Assembly: GCA_963817895.1 (NCBI GenBank)
Contig: CAWFQB010000010.1
Coordinates: 96,001 to 160,000, forward strand
Source of the DNA: an uncultured Chthonomonadaceae bacterium
GTDB taxonomy: Bacteria; Armatimonadota; Chthonomonadetes; Chthonomonadales; Chthonomonadaceae
Direction: 5' to 3'
Length of the DNA: 64,000 nt
Shown here: positions 31,892-42,354 of the stretch, piece after piece
How positions within the stretch are numbered: the stretch's first letter is position 1
How the letters are laid out: each line of letters begins with the position of its first letter
Position numbers and translations under genes: made by a program
The notes under the pieces: model-generated
What the model saw: the letters and a program-made list of their open reading frames with translations, nothing else
What the model was told of the DNA's origin: nothing
Database searches by the model: none

Positions 31892-34150
31892 GTGAATTCA
31901 CTGCGTAAGAGTTGGGCTGCCCGCAGCATATCATGGCTGCTGACAGTCGCGCTGCTTGTTCCCATGCTGATGCTGGGCCGCCGCCCGGCACAGGCACAGG
32001 CACAGCAGGCGATTACCGTGATTGTGGCAGACTTTGTCAATGTCCGCACCAAAACGACAGATGCAATTGCCATCCAGGCGCGCGACGCCGTAGCCGTTGA
32101 GTTAGCCTCGTCCGGGCAGGGCCGCTTCAACCCGATCCCCCAGAAAGAGTTGTATACCGAAGCGCGGCAGTTGGGTATTCGCGTACCCAGCAACCCCAAT
32201 CTACCCGCGAACTTCTCCCGCGCCGACCTGACCCGCCTGTCGAAAGCTCTGAGCGCTGAAGGCGTGGTGACGGGCAAAGTGAATGTGGCAATCAACAAAG
32301 CGGGCCGCGTCACGACCGTCGCCATTGACACCACGATTGTGGACGCGATTTCCGATAAGGCTTATCCCATCAATGGAGCCGTATCCAGGCAGGCAGTCGT
32401 ACCCCGCGCCGGTGAAGCGGTGGAAGAGGCCGTGACCCGCGCCATTGGCGATACGGGTCTGGATGTCGTGCGCCAGATGGTGCAGCGCCAACTGGTTACG
32501 GCGACTGTTCTCAACATCAACGTGGAAACCGTTATCATCAACCGGGGTACGCGGGATGGCCTGCACGTCGGCGATGACCTGCTGGTGCTGGAATATCAGC
32601 CCAACGGCTCTACCATCAGCAAGGGCACCATTCGGGTTGCGCGGGCGTATGCCACCGACTGCGAATGCGACGCCACGCTGAACAATGGAATTCGCCCGGA
32701 AAACATCGCCCGCGCCCTGTATCGTCCCAACGTAATTCTGGGCATTGACAATCTGGAATCCAGCAACGAGCGCAGCACCCGCATCAACTTCAGCACGGTC
32801 GGCAAAACACTCGCCGCTCTGGGCCTGGGCGTACTGATCGCGGTCGCCATCAAGGGCGGTCAGGGTTCGCTGACAAACGCCACGGCGGAAGCCACGACTG
32901 AAAGCAACACGCCTGCGGTTCGCGTTCGCTTCGCGGACAACATCTTCGGCCAGGGCGGCGTTTTGGAATATAAAGTTTATCGCGACCCGGACTTTCCGTT
33001 CACTTCCCCCGGCAGCGGCAGCAATAACGGCGGTGGCGGTGCGGGCGGTGGAACGAACGGAACTATCCTGCCCTCCATTCCGGTCGGCGTGACGGCGGCT
33101 ACCAATCGCGAATTTTTTGACCGGCCCTCACCTAACTTCCCCTTCAATACAGGAAGCTTTCTGGTGGCGCAAAGCAATGGCGGCAACAACACGGGCGGCG
33201 TCAGCAGCGGCAGCGGCAGCACCGGCGGCACCACAACCACAACCGGCGGCTGCGGCTCGGGAACCACAACAGTTGACCTGGGCTTTACGCCCGGACGCAG
33301 CTACCGATACGAAATTACCGCAATCATTCTGCGCCAGATTGTTCAAAACGACGCGGGTGGCGGCGGAACCGGAACCGGCGGATTGGGCGGCGGCGGCGCG
33401 GGCGGCTCCGTGGGAACCGGCGGCAGCACGGGTACGGGCGGCGGCGGCACAGGTAACGGCAATGGCAACGGCCAGTCCGGCAGCAGCAGCCAGTGTGTCG
33501 AAACCGATCCCATACGGACGGGAATCGCCACGCCGGTCAACCCGGTTCTGGTGACAACCCCCATCAATGGCGCGACCAACATTGACCTGCGCACCTTTTC
33601 GCCCTCCTTCGGCAGCCGAAACGGCGCAGACCTGTTCCAGATCGAAATTTCTACGGATCGGACATTTACCAATCCCAAACTGATCTTCCGCCAGCAGGTG
33701 ATCTCTACAGCGGCTTTTCAGGACAATGTGGCGCAAAACCTGAGTACGCCAATCAATCTGACCCAGGCGCCGGAACTGCTGGCAAATCAGACGTTTGCAA
33801 ACTTTGTCGGCTCGACCAGCACAACCACGCCGCAACTGCCGCAGCTGTATATGCGGATCGGCGCGCGGCATGACGAGGACGTTCCCGGCCCGGTGCATGC
33901 CATCAGCCAGAACGCTTCTGACCGGGACAAGACTTTCCGGTTCGTGTACAGCCAGATAGTAACGTTCCAGCCCGTTCCGCTGCCCCCGGCCAACCCGGGC
34001 AGCACGTCCAAAGTGGCGGGCATCCTCAATCGCAACAACACCGCTTCGCGCGCCCTTCTGCCCCTGCCGGGTTCGCGCCGTTCGCTGACCGGTACGCACA
34101 CCTCCAGCCCGCAGGAAATTCTGTCGGGACGCGGCAGGCTGCGTAACTAG
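31892..34150 (+). CDS. exported protein with CsgG/FlgT-like N-terminal domains and Gly-rich FN3-like region
   Basis: GTG start after GAGGA; signal ending AQA; ITVIVADF alpha/beta domain; VIINRGTRDGLHVGD (FlgT C-terminal-like); YKVYR...F.D...GRSYRYEITA pattern with poly-Gly inserts. Confidence 0.6.
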   Translation: MNSLRKSWAARSISWLLTVALLVPMLMLGRRPAQAQAQQAITVIVADFVNVRTKTTDAIAIQARDAVAVELASSGQGRFNPIPQKELYTEARQLGIRVPSNPNLPANFSRADLTRLSKALSAEGVVTGKVNVAINKAGRVTTVAIDTTIVDAISDKAYPINGAVSRQAVVPRAGEAVEEAVTRAIGDTGLDVVRQMVQRQLVTATVLNINVETVIINRGTRDGLHVGDDLLVLEYQPNGSTISKGTIRVARAYATDCECDATLNNGIRPENIARALYRPNVILGIDNLESSNERSTRINFSTVGKTLAALGLGVLIAVAIKGGQGSLTNATAEATTESNTPAVRVRFADNIFGQGGVLEYKVYRDPDFPFTSPGSGSNNGGGGAGGGTNGTILPSIPVGVTAATNREFFDRPSPNFPFNTGSFLVAQSNGGNNTGGVSSGSGSTGGTTTTTGGCGSGTTTVDLGFTPGRSYRYEITAIILRQIVQNDAGGGGTGTGGLGGGGAGGSVGTGGSTGTGGGGTGNGNGNGQSGSSSQCVETDPIRTGIATPVNPVLVTTPINGATNIDLRTFSPSFGSRNGADLFQIEISTDRTFTNPKLIFRQQVISTAAFQDNVAQNLSTPINLTQAPELLANQTFANFVGSTSTTTPQLPQLYMRIGARHDEDVPGPVHAISQNASDRDKTFRFVYSQIVTFQPVPLPPANPGSTSKVAGILNRNNTASRALLPLPGSRRSLTGTHTSSPQEILSGRGRLRN

Positions 34151-34241
34151 ACAGTTGATACTTCATCGTTGATAGGGATACAAGAACTGTGAACTATCAA
34201 CGATTGGCGGTTTAGAAACGCAGAACAGCATAGAGTGGAAC

Positions 34242-34287
34242 AGCCAATCGCTTTTAAGGGAAGCAATTCCTCTTCAGGCGATTGGCT
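34242..34287 (+). terminator. intergenic hairpin
   Basis: AGCCAATCGC...GCGATTGGCT. Confidence 0.4.
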
Positions 34288-34576
34288 CCCCCCTTGATAT
34301 GTCTGGAATGATAGATTATGATGCTTCTGAACAGCATCCCTTGCGATTGTCAGGTATACTGTTGGTAACTAAAAATGTTCGAGTGTTCCAACACTCTGAG
34401 ATGCGGGCCGAACCCCCAACCTGCATCACTGCATAGCATCCACCGGCGCGAGCTGTTCTGTGTCGGTTCAAACGCCTTATTCATTTTTCGCGTTATCCCT
34501 GGTGTCGCTCCCTCCGCGCTGACACAGTCTGCACGGCGTATGCTCCGGCATACCGCACGGACAAGGAGTTTCTCTT

Positions 34577-37500
34577 ATGCTTCATTTTCGCAAATCTCTC
34601 TTGAGCCAGACACTGCTCGTCACCGGGGCTTTGGCTTCGGTGGCAGGCGTGGCGTCAGGGCAGGCAAGGCGTCTGCGTCGCGCTGCCCCGCAAGTTGTAC
34701 AATCCGTGCCAGGACAAATTCTACTCTACTGCCAGCCTAATACCACTCGAAACGATGTGAATCGCCTGGCAAATCTTGTCGGCGCTCAGGTAAAGCCTTT
34801 GCTGCTCACCGATGGGTATCTGTTTACCCTGGATGCCGATCATTCCACGCAGCCGGCAACCGCTGCCGCCATTGCGACACTTCAGGTTGACGCTTCGGTG
34901 CGGGGCGTGGGACCGAACAATCTTTCGTATAAGCGTCAGACCGGCGGCGGCTCCGGCACGGGAATAAGCCCTAATGATCCCCGTTATGTGAAGGGCGATC
35001 AGTACGCGCTGCCGGAAATCAATATGCCTCTGGCATGGACGCTGCAAAAAGGGAACGTCAACTTCAGTGTCGCCTGCATCGACTCCGGCTGCGACCCCAA
35101 ACACGAGGATGCGCCCATTATTTCACCCGGGAGTTTCGATGTTGCCGATAACGACACCGATGTGACTGCCGATGGAGCCGATGGTCCAGGCGAATACGAT
35201 CACGGCACCGGCACGAGCGGCGTCATGCTGGCGCATACCAACAATGGGCTGGGCATAGCGGGCGTGATCTGGAACCAGATGCCTTTGTTCTTTGTCAAAG
35301 TGGAAAAAAAGGGCGATACAACGGGCGGGTTTACTAACGACGTTTTGATCAACGCGTTCGTTTATGTGGCGAAAAACGCTCAAAAGTATAACATCGTTTC
35401 CGTGAACTTCAGTATCGGAGCGGATGCCGCGCCCAATGTTCTCGATCCAACGGGGATGCTTGTGGCAGCGCAGCAGTCGTGTATCACAAACGGGGTGCAT
35501 GTCGTGGCAGCTGCCGGCAACAGCACGTACGGGGGACCGGACAGCGCGGATGTGCCAGGCGTGCTGAAAGTTTCCGCTGTGGGCAAATCTACAACTCAAT
35601 TGGCCTACTATTCCAACTTCAATAACATCGCGATTGCTGCCCCGGGCGGCGACCAGCAGGCGGATACCGGCGTACTGGTATTGAACCAGTCCACGGCTCC
35701 CAGTCCCGCGCCTTACAGCTTTGAGCAGGGAACGTCCTTTGCGGCCCCCCATGTCACCGCTGTGCTGGCGCTTCTGCGCTCCGTGCCAGGCGTTACTTAC
35801 GCCCGCGCCGAATCCGCGCTGCTGACGCAGGCCAACCACAACATCACCGGGCAGACAAGCGTGCCGGATAACAGGTTCGGAGCCGGATTGCTGGATGCCT
35901 ACGCCTCCCTGATAAGCGTTTCCAACGTGGTTTTCATTACCGACCCGCAGGGCGTGGACCCGGCAACGAACTCGTCTACGGCTCCCAATCAGGCCGCGCC
36001 CCTGCCGGTGGAAACTCTGCGCCCGCTGATTCGGTTCCGCGCCACCAATACCAAAGTGGTGAATGGCGTGCCGCAGTTCACCGTAACGCTGACAACTCCC
36101 TCCGGTATCTCGGCCCCTGATTACCAACGGCCTGGTTGATCCGGGCGCGACCTCCTTGGTGACAAACTTCTATGTCAACAATGTCTCCACCGATCCGTCT
36201 TTCGGGCAGTACGATGTGTCGTTTCGCTATACGGCAGGCACCTCAGTAACCACACAGCAGCAGCAGATTACGGTTGTCTCGACGCCCATTGATCCCACTT
36301 TCCCTGCCGCATCGGCATCGCTGTCGTACAACGTGACGCCGCATATCTTCCCGGCGGGGATTTCGATGGTGTCCTTCCCCGTTGCGGAAACCCCGGCGGA
36401 CTCGCCGACCGGAAGCTATCGGGATATCAAGGCGATTTTGGGAGACAACAACGTTATTCTGTACCGCTGGATCAATGCGCCGGTAGTAAACGCGAAGGGC
36501 AGCCAGACGGTTCAGGGGCAGTACGCCATCAATGGTTCCGGGACGAGCGATACGCTGAATCAGTTCGCGACCCTGCATCCGAGCGATGTTACGACCACTC
36601 CCATTCCTACCATTGACCCGCGCGATAATCCCAATGATCCATCCAGCGCTACGCCGGACTCGACGCCGGTTGGCCTGGGGTACTTCATCAATCTGACCTC
36701 CGGCGCGGCCGTGCAAAGCTACGGGCGCACCTTTACGCAGCAAACGATTCGCGTTCCGCTGCATGAGGGCTGGAACATGATCGGCGATCCGTTCCAGTTC
36801 CCGATTGCGTTTGCCAACCTGACTGTTCAGGCTCCCAATGGAACGCTGTACGCCTCTTCGGACGCGGTGACGGCAAAACTGGTGCTGCCATTCATCTATC
36901 GCTTTGTGGGCGGTGATTACCAGTTCCAGGCGCTGCCCAATGGCACGCTGTATCCCTGGGAAGGTAACTGGATTTATGTGATTCCGAAGGACCCGACCAA
37001 CGTAAATCCAAGCCCCAACGCCCTGACCCTTGTGATGACGCCCACACAGGCGGGAACCACGCGCGGCATTCGCGGCGCGGTCTTGAATAACAGCGTCACG
37101 CGGGCGGCGCAATCTATGGCAGCCAAACCGGATGTGCGCGGGCCGGGAAGCTGGGCGTTGCGACTGGTGGCGCGCTCCAAAAACATGGTGGACGCGCACA
37201 ACTACATCGGCATGTCGTCAACGGCGAAAGATGGCGACGATCTCACCAAAGCGCCCAAGCCGCCGCGCGTCGGCTCCAACGTCACGCTGGGAATTCAGCG
37301 GAGTTCGCATGGCGGATTGTACGCGCAGGATTTGCGTTCCCTGGGCGGCACAAAGACCTGGGATATCGTTGTCACGACGGATCAGCCCAATGCGGATGTA
37401 TCGCTCTCGTGGCCGGATGCCCACGCGCTGCCACGCAACTACCAGTTCACGCTCAAGGATAACACGACAGGGCAGGTAGTGGACATTCGCAATCGCTCTA

Positions 37501-37895
37501 CATTCCAGTTCAATTCCGGCCCGAAAATGCAGGCGCGCGCGTTCACCGTCACAGCGGAACCCGGCAACAGCGGAGAGCGAGTTGTCTTCAATAGCGTGTT
37601 TGTCACGCCGCGCGGACTCTCCAAAGCGACGGGGCTGTCAACCTATCAGATTGACTACAACGTGTCGCATGAAGCTCAGGTAGATGTGTCTATTCTGAAC
37701 ACGGGCGGACGCGTGATCTCGCAACTGGAAACAGGACGCGCGGCAACCAGCGGCGATAATCATACCGTATGGAACGGGCGGGACAGCCAGAATCATGCCG
37801 TGCCTGCGGGAGCCTATATCGTTCGTCTGCGCGCGGTCTCCTCTGAGGGCCGGGTGACGCAGTACCACTACCCGCTCACTGTGACCGGGCGCTAG
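34577..37895 (+). CDS. secreted S8 subtilisin-like serine protease with the shared C-terminal module and FlgD-like Ig domain (frameshift near 36110)
   Basis: Catalytic triad motifs CIDSG, DHGT and GTSFAAPHV; oxyanion AAAGN; signal peptide and propeptide; AAGGAG; C-terminal WNGRDSQNHAVPAGAY. Confidence 0.88.
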
Positions 37896-37959
37896 AAAAC
37901 AACTCGTTTCGCATTCGCAGTGAAACCAGGGAAAAACTGCGAAGATGCCGCGCAAGATG

Positions 37960-38016
37960 TTCTGAACTTTTTCAACAATTCGGCATACCCCGTGCCGGAT
38001 TGTTGAAAAGTCAGAA
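37960..38016 (+). terminator. long intergenic hairpin
   Basis: TTCTGAACTTTTTCAACAATTCGGCA...TGCCGGATTGTTGAAAAGTCAGAA. Confidence 0.55.
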
Positions 38017-38182
38017 CCCGGTGTGTGGGCGCGGACCGCAAAACCGTCGTGATACAACTGCCATAAGCAACGGCAAACAGCCTTAGCGGGTCACGAATGC
38101 AATCTTAACTTATCAACCTAGAAGCATGGTGGTTCCCCCAGCTATGCTGTGAGAGAACAAACGTCTCCAGGGAGGACTTCCA

Positions 38183-41100
38183 ATGGGGTGGAAACACAGA
38201 ACAGCCAGGCGCATCGCCGAATTTCTGCTGATGACGATGGCAATGGCGAGTATATCGAAGGTAGCGGCGCGGGCGCAGGAGATATTTCCGCCCGGCAATG
38301 GGCCAGGCGTTTATAATCCTGGCACTCGTCCCGCGATTGGCGATAATGAATTTATCACCATCGGCAACAGCGACCTGCTTTTGTCTATGGGCCGGGGCAA
38401 AAACTGCGGCGGCTCCATCGGCATATTCACGACCGGCTCGAATTCGACGGATCCGGATAATACGCTGTTCTTCTATGGCAAGCTGATCCCGCCAGCCAAC
38501 ATCCGCCTATTTGGAACGCGCGTGTTTGTGCGCGTGGATGGCGGAATCAATGGCGGGCAGTCCGGTTTTGATTATGAGTTCGGGCAGCCGGATACCGCCA
38601 GGGGCGGCGTGTGGCTTACCCTACCCTACCTGGTGAACAGCCATCTTGTCGCCCGCTGGCAGACCTATCCTCATGCTCCCCTGGCGGGAACCGGTGGAAC
38701 GGGCGGTGGAACGGGCGGTATAGGCGGCGGAACGGGCGGCGGCACGACCGTAACGATCATTGATCCGAAAATTGAAGTTGATCTGGTGGCCTCCTTCGTG
38801 CATGACCAGATTCGCTTTCAGTTCAACATCATCAACAACGATACAGGCCACAGCCATACCGTAGGTCTCGCGTTCCTGCAAGATTATAATTTTGATCCGG
38901 TGAACTTTTCTACAAGCGCGCCGATTATCATTCCCAATCGGCCCTATCTTCGCGTAGAAACCGCTCTGGGCGGCAATGATGTGCCGTCTACCTGGCTGAT
39001 TCAGCGACCCGGACCGGTGCCGACCGGGAGCGGCACCACGCAGTCTATTCACACCGTAGAGGGCGTTCTGCGCCCGACGGCGACTTCCGGCAATGAGCCG
39101 ACCGTGCCATCCCGCTTTGTGCTGGGACGCGGACGTTTGCTGGAGGGCAGCGATCCGCCGCCCACTTCGCTGACAGGCCCGACGGGAACCACCACTTCGG
39201 TTCCCGGACCGAGCGGACGCTACTTCGACAGCATCTGGGGCTTTGTGCCAAATCCCAACATACGCTTCGATACCGCCGGTTCACAGGATGCTGCGATTGT
39301 CACATTTTATGACGAGCAGACGATTGCGCCAGGGCAAAACATCCCCATTACCACTTATATAGGGCAAGGCAGCGGCACAATAGATGCCGGACAGCCGATC
39401 AGCCTGTTTGTCACCGCTCCGAGCGCATTGCCGTTCAGCGCGAGTAAGCCGACTTCCACGTTCACCGTGTCGGCGTATGTCACCAACCTGCTGGACTTGC
39501 AGCCGGGAGCGGGCATCAGCATCAGCCCGGTCAGTCTCAGCCTCGACCTGCCCACCGGCTTGCAGCTTGCAAACGGAGATACAGCGACCAAAGCGGTCAG
39601 CAGTATCGCGCCCGGAAACGAGGGCGGCGTTTCGTGGCAGGTGCAGTCGAACGGAGCCGCTACCGGATCCCTGCGGTTTACGGTCACGGCTGCGGCGAAT
39701 GTGGGAAGCGGCAAGGTCGTTCAGCGCGACATCATCGTTCCGAGCGCGCCCGCCATTGACCTGAAAGGCAACGCCAACGCGAAGGGGCTGTACCAGATGC
39801 TGTCCTTCCCGCTGGATTTCCACGGGGTGACGCCCTCGACCGCGCTGTTCCCCGGCCAGGACCCCAACGTTGTCGCGCCCGACCTGGCGCACTTCGACGC
39901 CACAAGCGGCAAGTATGTCACGGTTCCAACCTTTGTGCCGGGACAGTCTTACTGGGTTCGCAGCCGCATCACGCAGGACTCGCACATTCTGCTGGATCCC
40001 ACAACCTACCCGCCGCTCAACAACCAGATTCAGCCCACATCGAACGCCTACAAAGTGGTGTACAATCTCGGCTGGAACCAGATCGGCAATCCGTATGTGT
40101 ATCCGATCAACTTTGCCGAGGTGCAAATCTTCGACCCGGATACGCTTGCGGTTTCCAGCGTGGGCGATGCGTCCAGCCCGACCAACCAACTGGTGCTTCC
40201 GGCTGTATACCAGTACGATACTTCCGATCCCAACCCGAGCAACTGGCACTACACTCTGGTAGACAGCATCGGATTTACCATGCAGCCGTATATCGGTTAC
40301 TGGCTGTACGTGAAAAAGGCCAATCTGCAGTTCCTGTATCCGGGCGTGGATATTCCCGGCACTTCTGTGGGACGCGCCGCGCTGATGGGCGTAGGCTTCA
40401 AGAGCCGCACACGCTCGGCAGGCGTGGAAAAACTGGGACGCGGCACGTCCGACAACTGGCGGCTGAAAGTGAGCGCGCGCAGCGCGGCGGGTTACGATCC
40501 TGATAACTTTATCGGCGTCGCGCCCAAAGCCACCGACAATATGGACGGCTACAAATACAGCAAAGCGCCGGAAATGAACAAGACGCTGACGCTGGACATC
40601 GTTCACAGCGACTGGCCGCAGGGGACGCGCCTGGCGCATGACCTGCGTTCGCCAGCCACAGGCGTGAAAACATGGAACATGGCCGTGCGTTCGAGCAAGG
40701 CCAATGACAGCGTGACCCTGAGTTGGAACAGCATTTCGCGGGATGTGCCGCGCAACTACACTCTGACGCTGATTGACCCCGCCACCAACAAGCGCGTGAA
40801 TATGCGCAGCGCGGCCTCGCACATTGTCAATGTGGGACCGACGGGAACGCAGAACGTTCAGATCGTGGCTGAACCGGTCAGCCGGGGCAGTCGGGTTCAG
40901 ATCACCGCGTTCGACGTGCTGACGTCCGGGGATGCGTCTCGCGCTACCCGCAGCGCCAACATTCACTTCACGCTGACGCGAGCCGCTTCGCAGATGAGCA
41001 TCAACGTTCTTAATGGACGCGGGCAGATTATCCGCCAGCTCAACAACCTCAGCACCCGCGACGCGGAGGGTGGCGCGGCTACGGGAACCGCGCTCTGGGA

Positions 41101-41218
41101 CCTGAAAACCCAGCAGGGTACAACCGTATCCGCCGGACAGTACAACGTGGAGCTGCAAGTGCAGACGGAAGATGGACAGCGCGCGCGCCGAGTTCAGCCG
41201 CTGGTCATCACCCGTTAG
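38183..41218 (+). CDS. exported beta-rich protein with the shared C-terminal module and FlgD-like Ig domain
   Basis: GGAGG; signal ending ARA; CARDB/NEW3-like segment (LDLPTGL....IAPG...VSWQV); GWNQIGNPY; WDLKTQQGTTVSAGQY. Confidence 0.8.
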   Translation: MGWKHRTARRIAEFLLMTMAMASISKVAARAQEIFPPGNGPGVYNPGTRPAIGDNEFITIGNSDLLLSMGRGKNCGGSIGIFTTGSNSTDPDNTLFFYGKLIPPANIRLFGTRVFVRVDGGINGGQSGFDYEFGQPDTARGGVWLTLPYLVNSHLVARWQTYPHAPLAGTGGTGGGTGGIGGGTGGGTTVTIIDPKIEVDLVASFVHDQIRFQFNIINNDTGHSHTVGLAFLQDYNFDPVNFSTSAPIIIPNRPYLRVETALGGNDVPSTWLIQRPGPVPTGSGTTQSIHTVEGVLRPTATSGNEPTVPSRFVLGRGRLLEGSDPPPTSLTGPTGTTTSVPGPSGRYFDSIWGFVPNPNIRFDTAGSQDAAIVTFYDEQTIAPGQNIPITTYIGQGSGTIDAGQPISLFVTAPSALPFSASKPTSTFTVSAYVTNLLDLQPGAGISISPVSLSLDLPTGLQLANGDTATKAVSSIAPGNEGGVSWQVQSNGAATGSLRFTVTAAANVGSGKVVQRDIIVPSAPAIDLKGNANAKGLYQMLSFPLDFHGVTPSTALFPGQDPNVVAPDLAHFDATSGKYVTVPTFVPGQSYWVRSRITQDSHILLDPTTYPPLNNQIQPTSNAYKVVYNLGWNQIGNPYVYPINFAEVQIFDPDTLAVSSVGDASSPTNQLVLPAVYQYDTSDPNPSNWHYTLVDSIGFTMQPYIGYWLYVKKANLQFLYPGVDIPGTSVGRAALMGVGFKSRTRSAGVEKLGRGTSDNWRLKVSARSAAGYDPDNFIGVAPKATDNMDGYKYSKAPEMNKTLTLDIVHSDWPQGTRLAHDLRSPATGVKTWNMAVRSSKANDSVTLSWNSISRDVPRNYTLTLIDPATNKRVNMRSAASHIVNVGPTGTQNVQIVAEPVSRGSRVQITAFDVLTSGDASRATRSANIHFTLTRAASQMSINVLNGRGQIIRQLNNLSTRDAEGGAATGTALWDLKTQQGTTVSAGQYNVELQVQTEDGQRARRVQPLVITR

Positions 41219-41220
41219 GA

Positions 41221-41306
41221 AGTTGATAGTTGATAGTTGATAGTTGATAGTTGATAGATTGCGGCTATCGTCTTGCTATCAACTATCAACTATCAACTAT
41301 CAACTA
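41221..41306. repeat. inverted heptamer array (AGTTGAT)5 / (ATCAACT)4
   Basis: Read directly. Confidence 0.9.
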
Positions 41307-41335
41307 CTTAGCCTTCGGGCAATGGAGCAGACTGT

Positions 41336-42226
41336 ATGTTCACCAACAAGCAAGACCAATTGAACATTGTTACCGGGCAGGCGAAGTTCGCGCGCGTGTC
41401 CCGTTGGAGCGGATTCGCGGCGGCAATGCTGTTGCTCGGCGTCTGCGCAGGCCCGGTTCGCGCGCAGCAGGACAGCACCGATGGCGTACCTCGAACCGGT
41501 GATAAGCCCGATACGACGGTCAAAAAAGACAGTGTTCCCATGGGGGCCAAAACAAAACAGGCCGCCAAAAAGAGCGACAAGAAAACCGATAAAGGCATGG
41601 CAAAAACCACGCCCATGAAAACATCGGGCAAGGACGCTAAAAAGGGCAGCGGCAAGACCGGGTATGTCGCCAAACGCGTGGTACTGGTGTTTCCCGTAGA
41701 CGCCAAAGGAGCCGCCGCAGAGCAGTTGTCCGACATCATCACCGATGTGGAAAAAGCGCGTCTCGCGGCTACAGGCAACTTCGGCACAGTCTCGTTCCTC
41801 GCCTCTCTGCCGTCCATCCGGCGCGGATTGAGTGAGCAGTCCCTGACCCCTACCGACATTCACGCGCCATTTGCCACCACCGCCAAAGCGCAGCGCCTGA
41901 CCACCGCCGCCGGTTACGACGCGGCTATGATCAGTTCGCTGGACTCATACGAGTACAATGCCGATAACCAGAATGTCACTATGGTATTGAGCATTCAGAT
42001 GATTGATTATTCCGGCGCGACCCCCCGCAACTACACCGCCGCCAATACCGTGACCACACCGGCAAAATCGGTCAAGAACGCGACGGACACAACCGCTACA
42101 ACGGAAGCCGCGCGCAATCTGACCGAACAATTGATGACCGATGTATTGAAAGCGGCTGCTGCCGCCAAAGCCATGCCTGCCGGAGGAACCGGAACCACAG
42201 GCGCGGCAACGCCCCCCGCTAAGTAA
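41336..42226 (+). CDS. exported protein with a Lys-rich linker and a CsgG/TolB-N-like alpha/beta domain
   Basis: Signal ending VRA; KRVVLVFPVD...LSDIITD...L..TGNF..V; AGYDAAMISSL..Y; helical C-terminus. Fold assignment is inference. Confidence 0.55.
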   Translation: MFTNKQDQLNIVTGQAKFARVSRWSGFAAAMLLLGVCAGPVRAQQDSTDGVPRTGDKPDTTVKKDSVPMGAKTKQAAKKSDKKTDKGMAKTTPMKTSGKDAKKGSGKTGYVAKRVVLVFPVDAKGAAAEQLSDIITDVEKARLAATGNFGTVSFLASLPSIRRGLSEQSLTPTDIHAPFATTAKAQRLTTAAGYDAAMISSLDSYEYNADNQNVTMVLSIQMIDYSGATPRNYTAANTVTTPAKSVKNATDTTATTEAARNLTEQLMTDVLKAAAAAKAMPAGGTGTTGAATPPAK

Positions 42227-42234
42227 ATTCGTAC

Positions 42235-42322
42235 AGGGAGTAGGGAGTAGGGAGTAGGGAATAGGACACTTCGCGAGTTGAACAGAGCCTTTCCTACTCC
42301 CTACTGCCTACTCCCTACTCCC
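42235..42322. repeat. inverted heptamer array (GGGAGTA)n / (TACTCCC)n
   Basis: Read directly; same unit as at 17211-17302. Confidence 0.85.
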
Positions 42323-42354
42323 AACCTTTGCCCCCTTCGGAGAACCACTTCGCC

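Noticed and set aside
41221..41306. Tandem repeats as a CRISPR array
   Set aside because: Units are 6-9 nt with no unique spacers, and no cas genes are present anywhere in the window.
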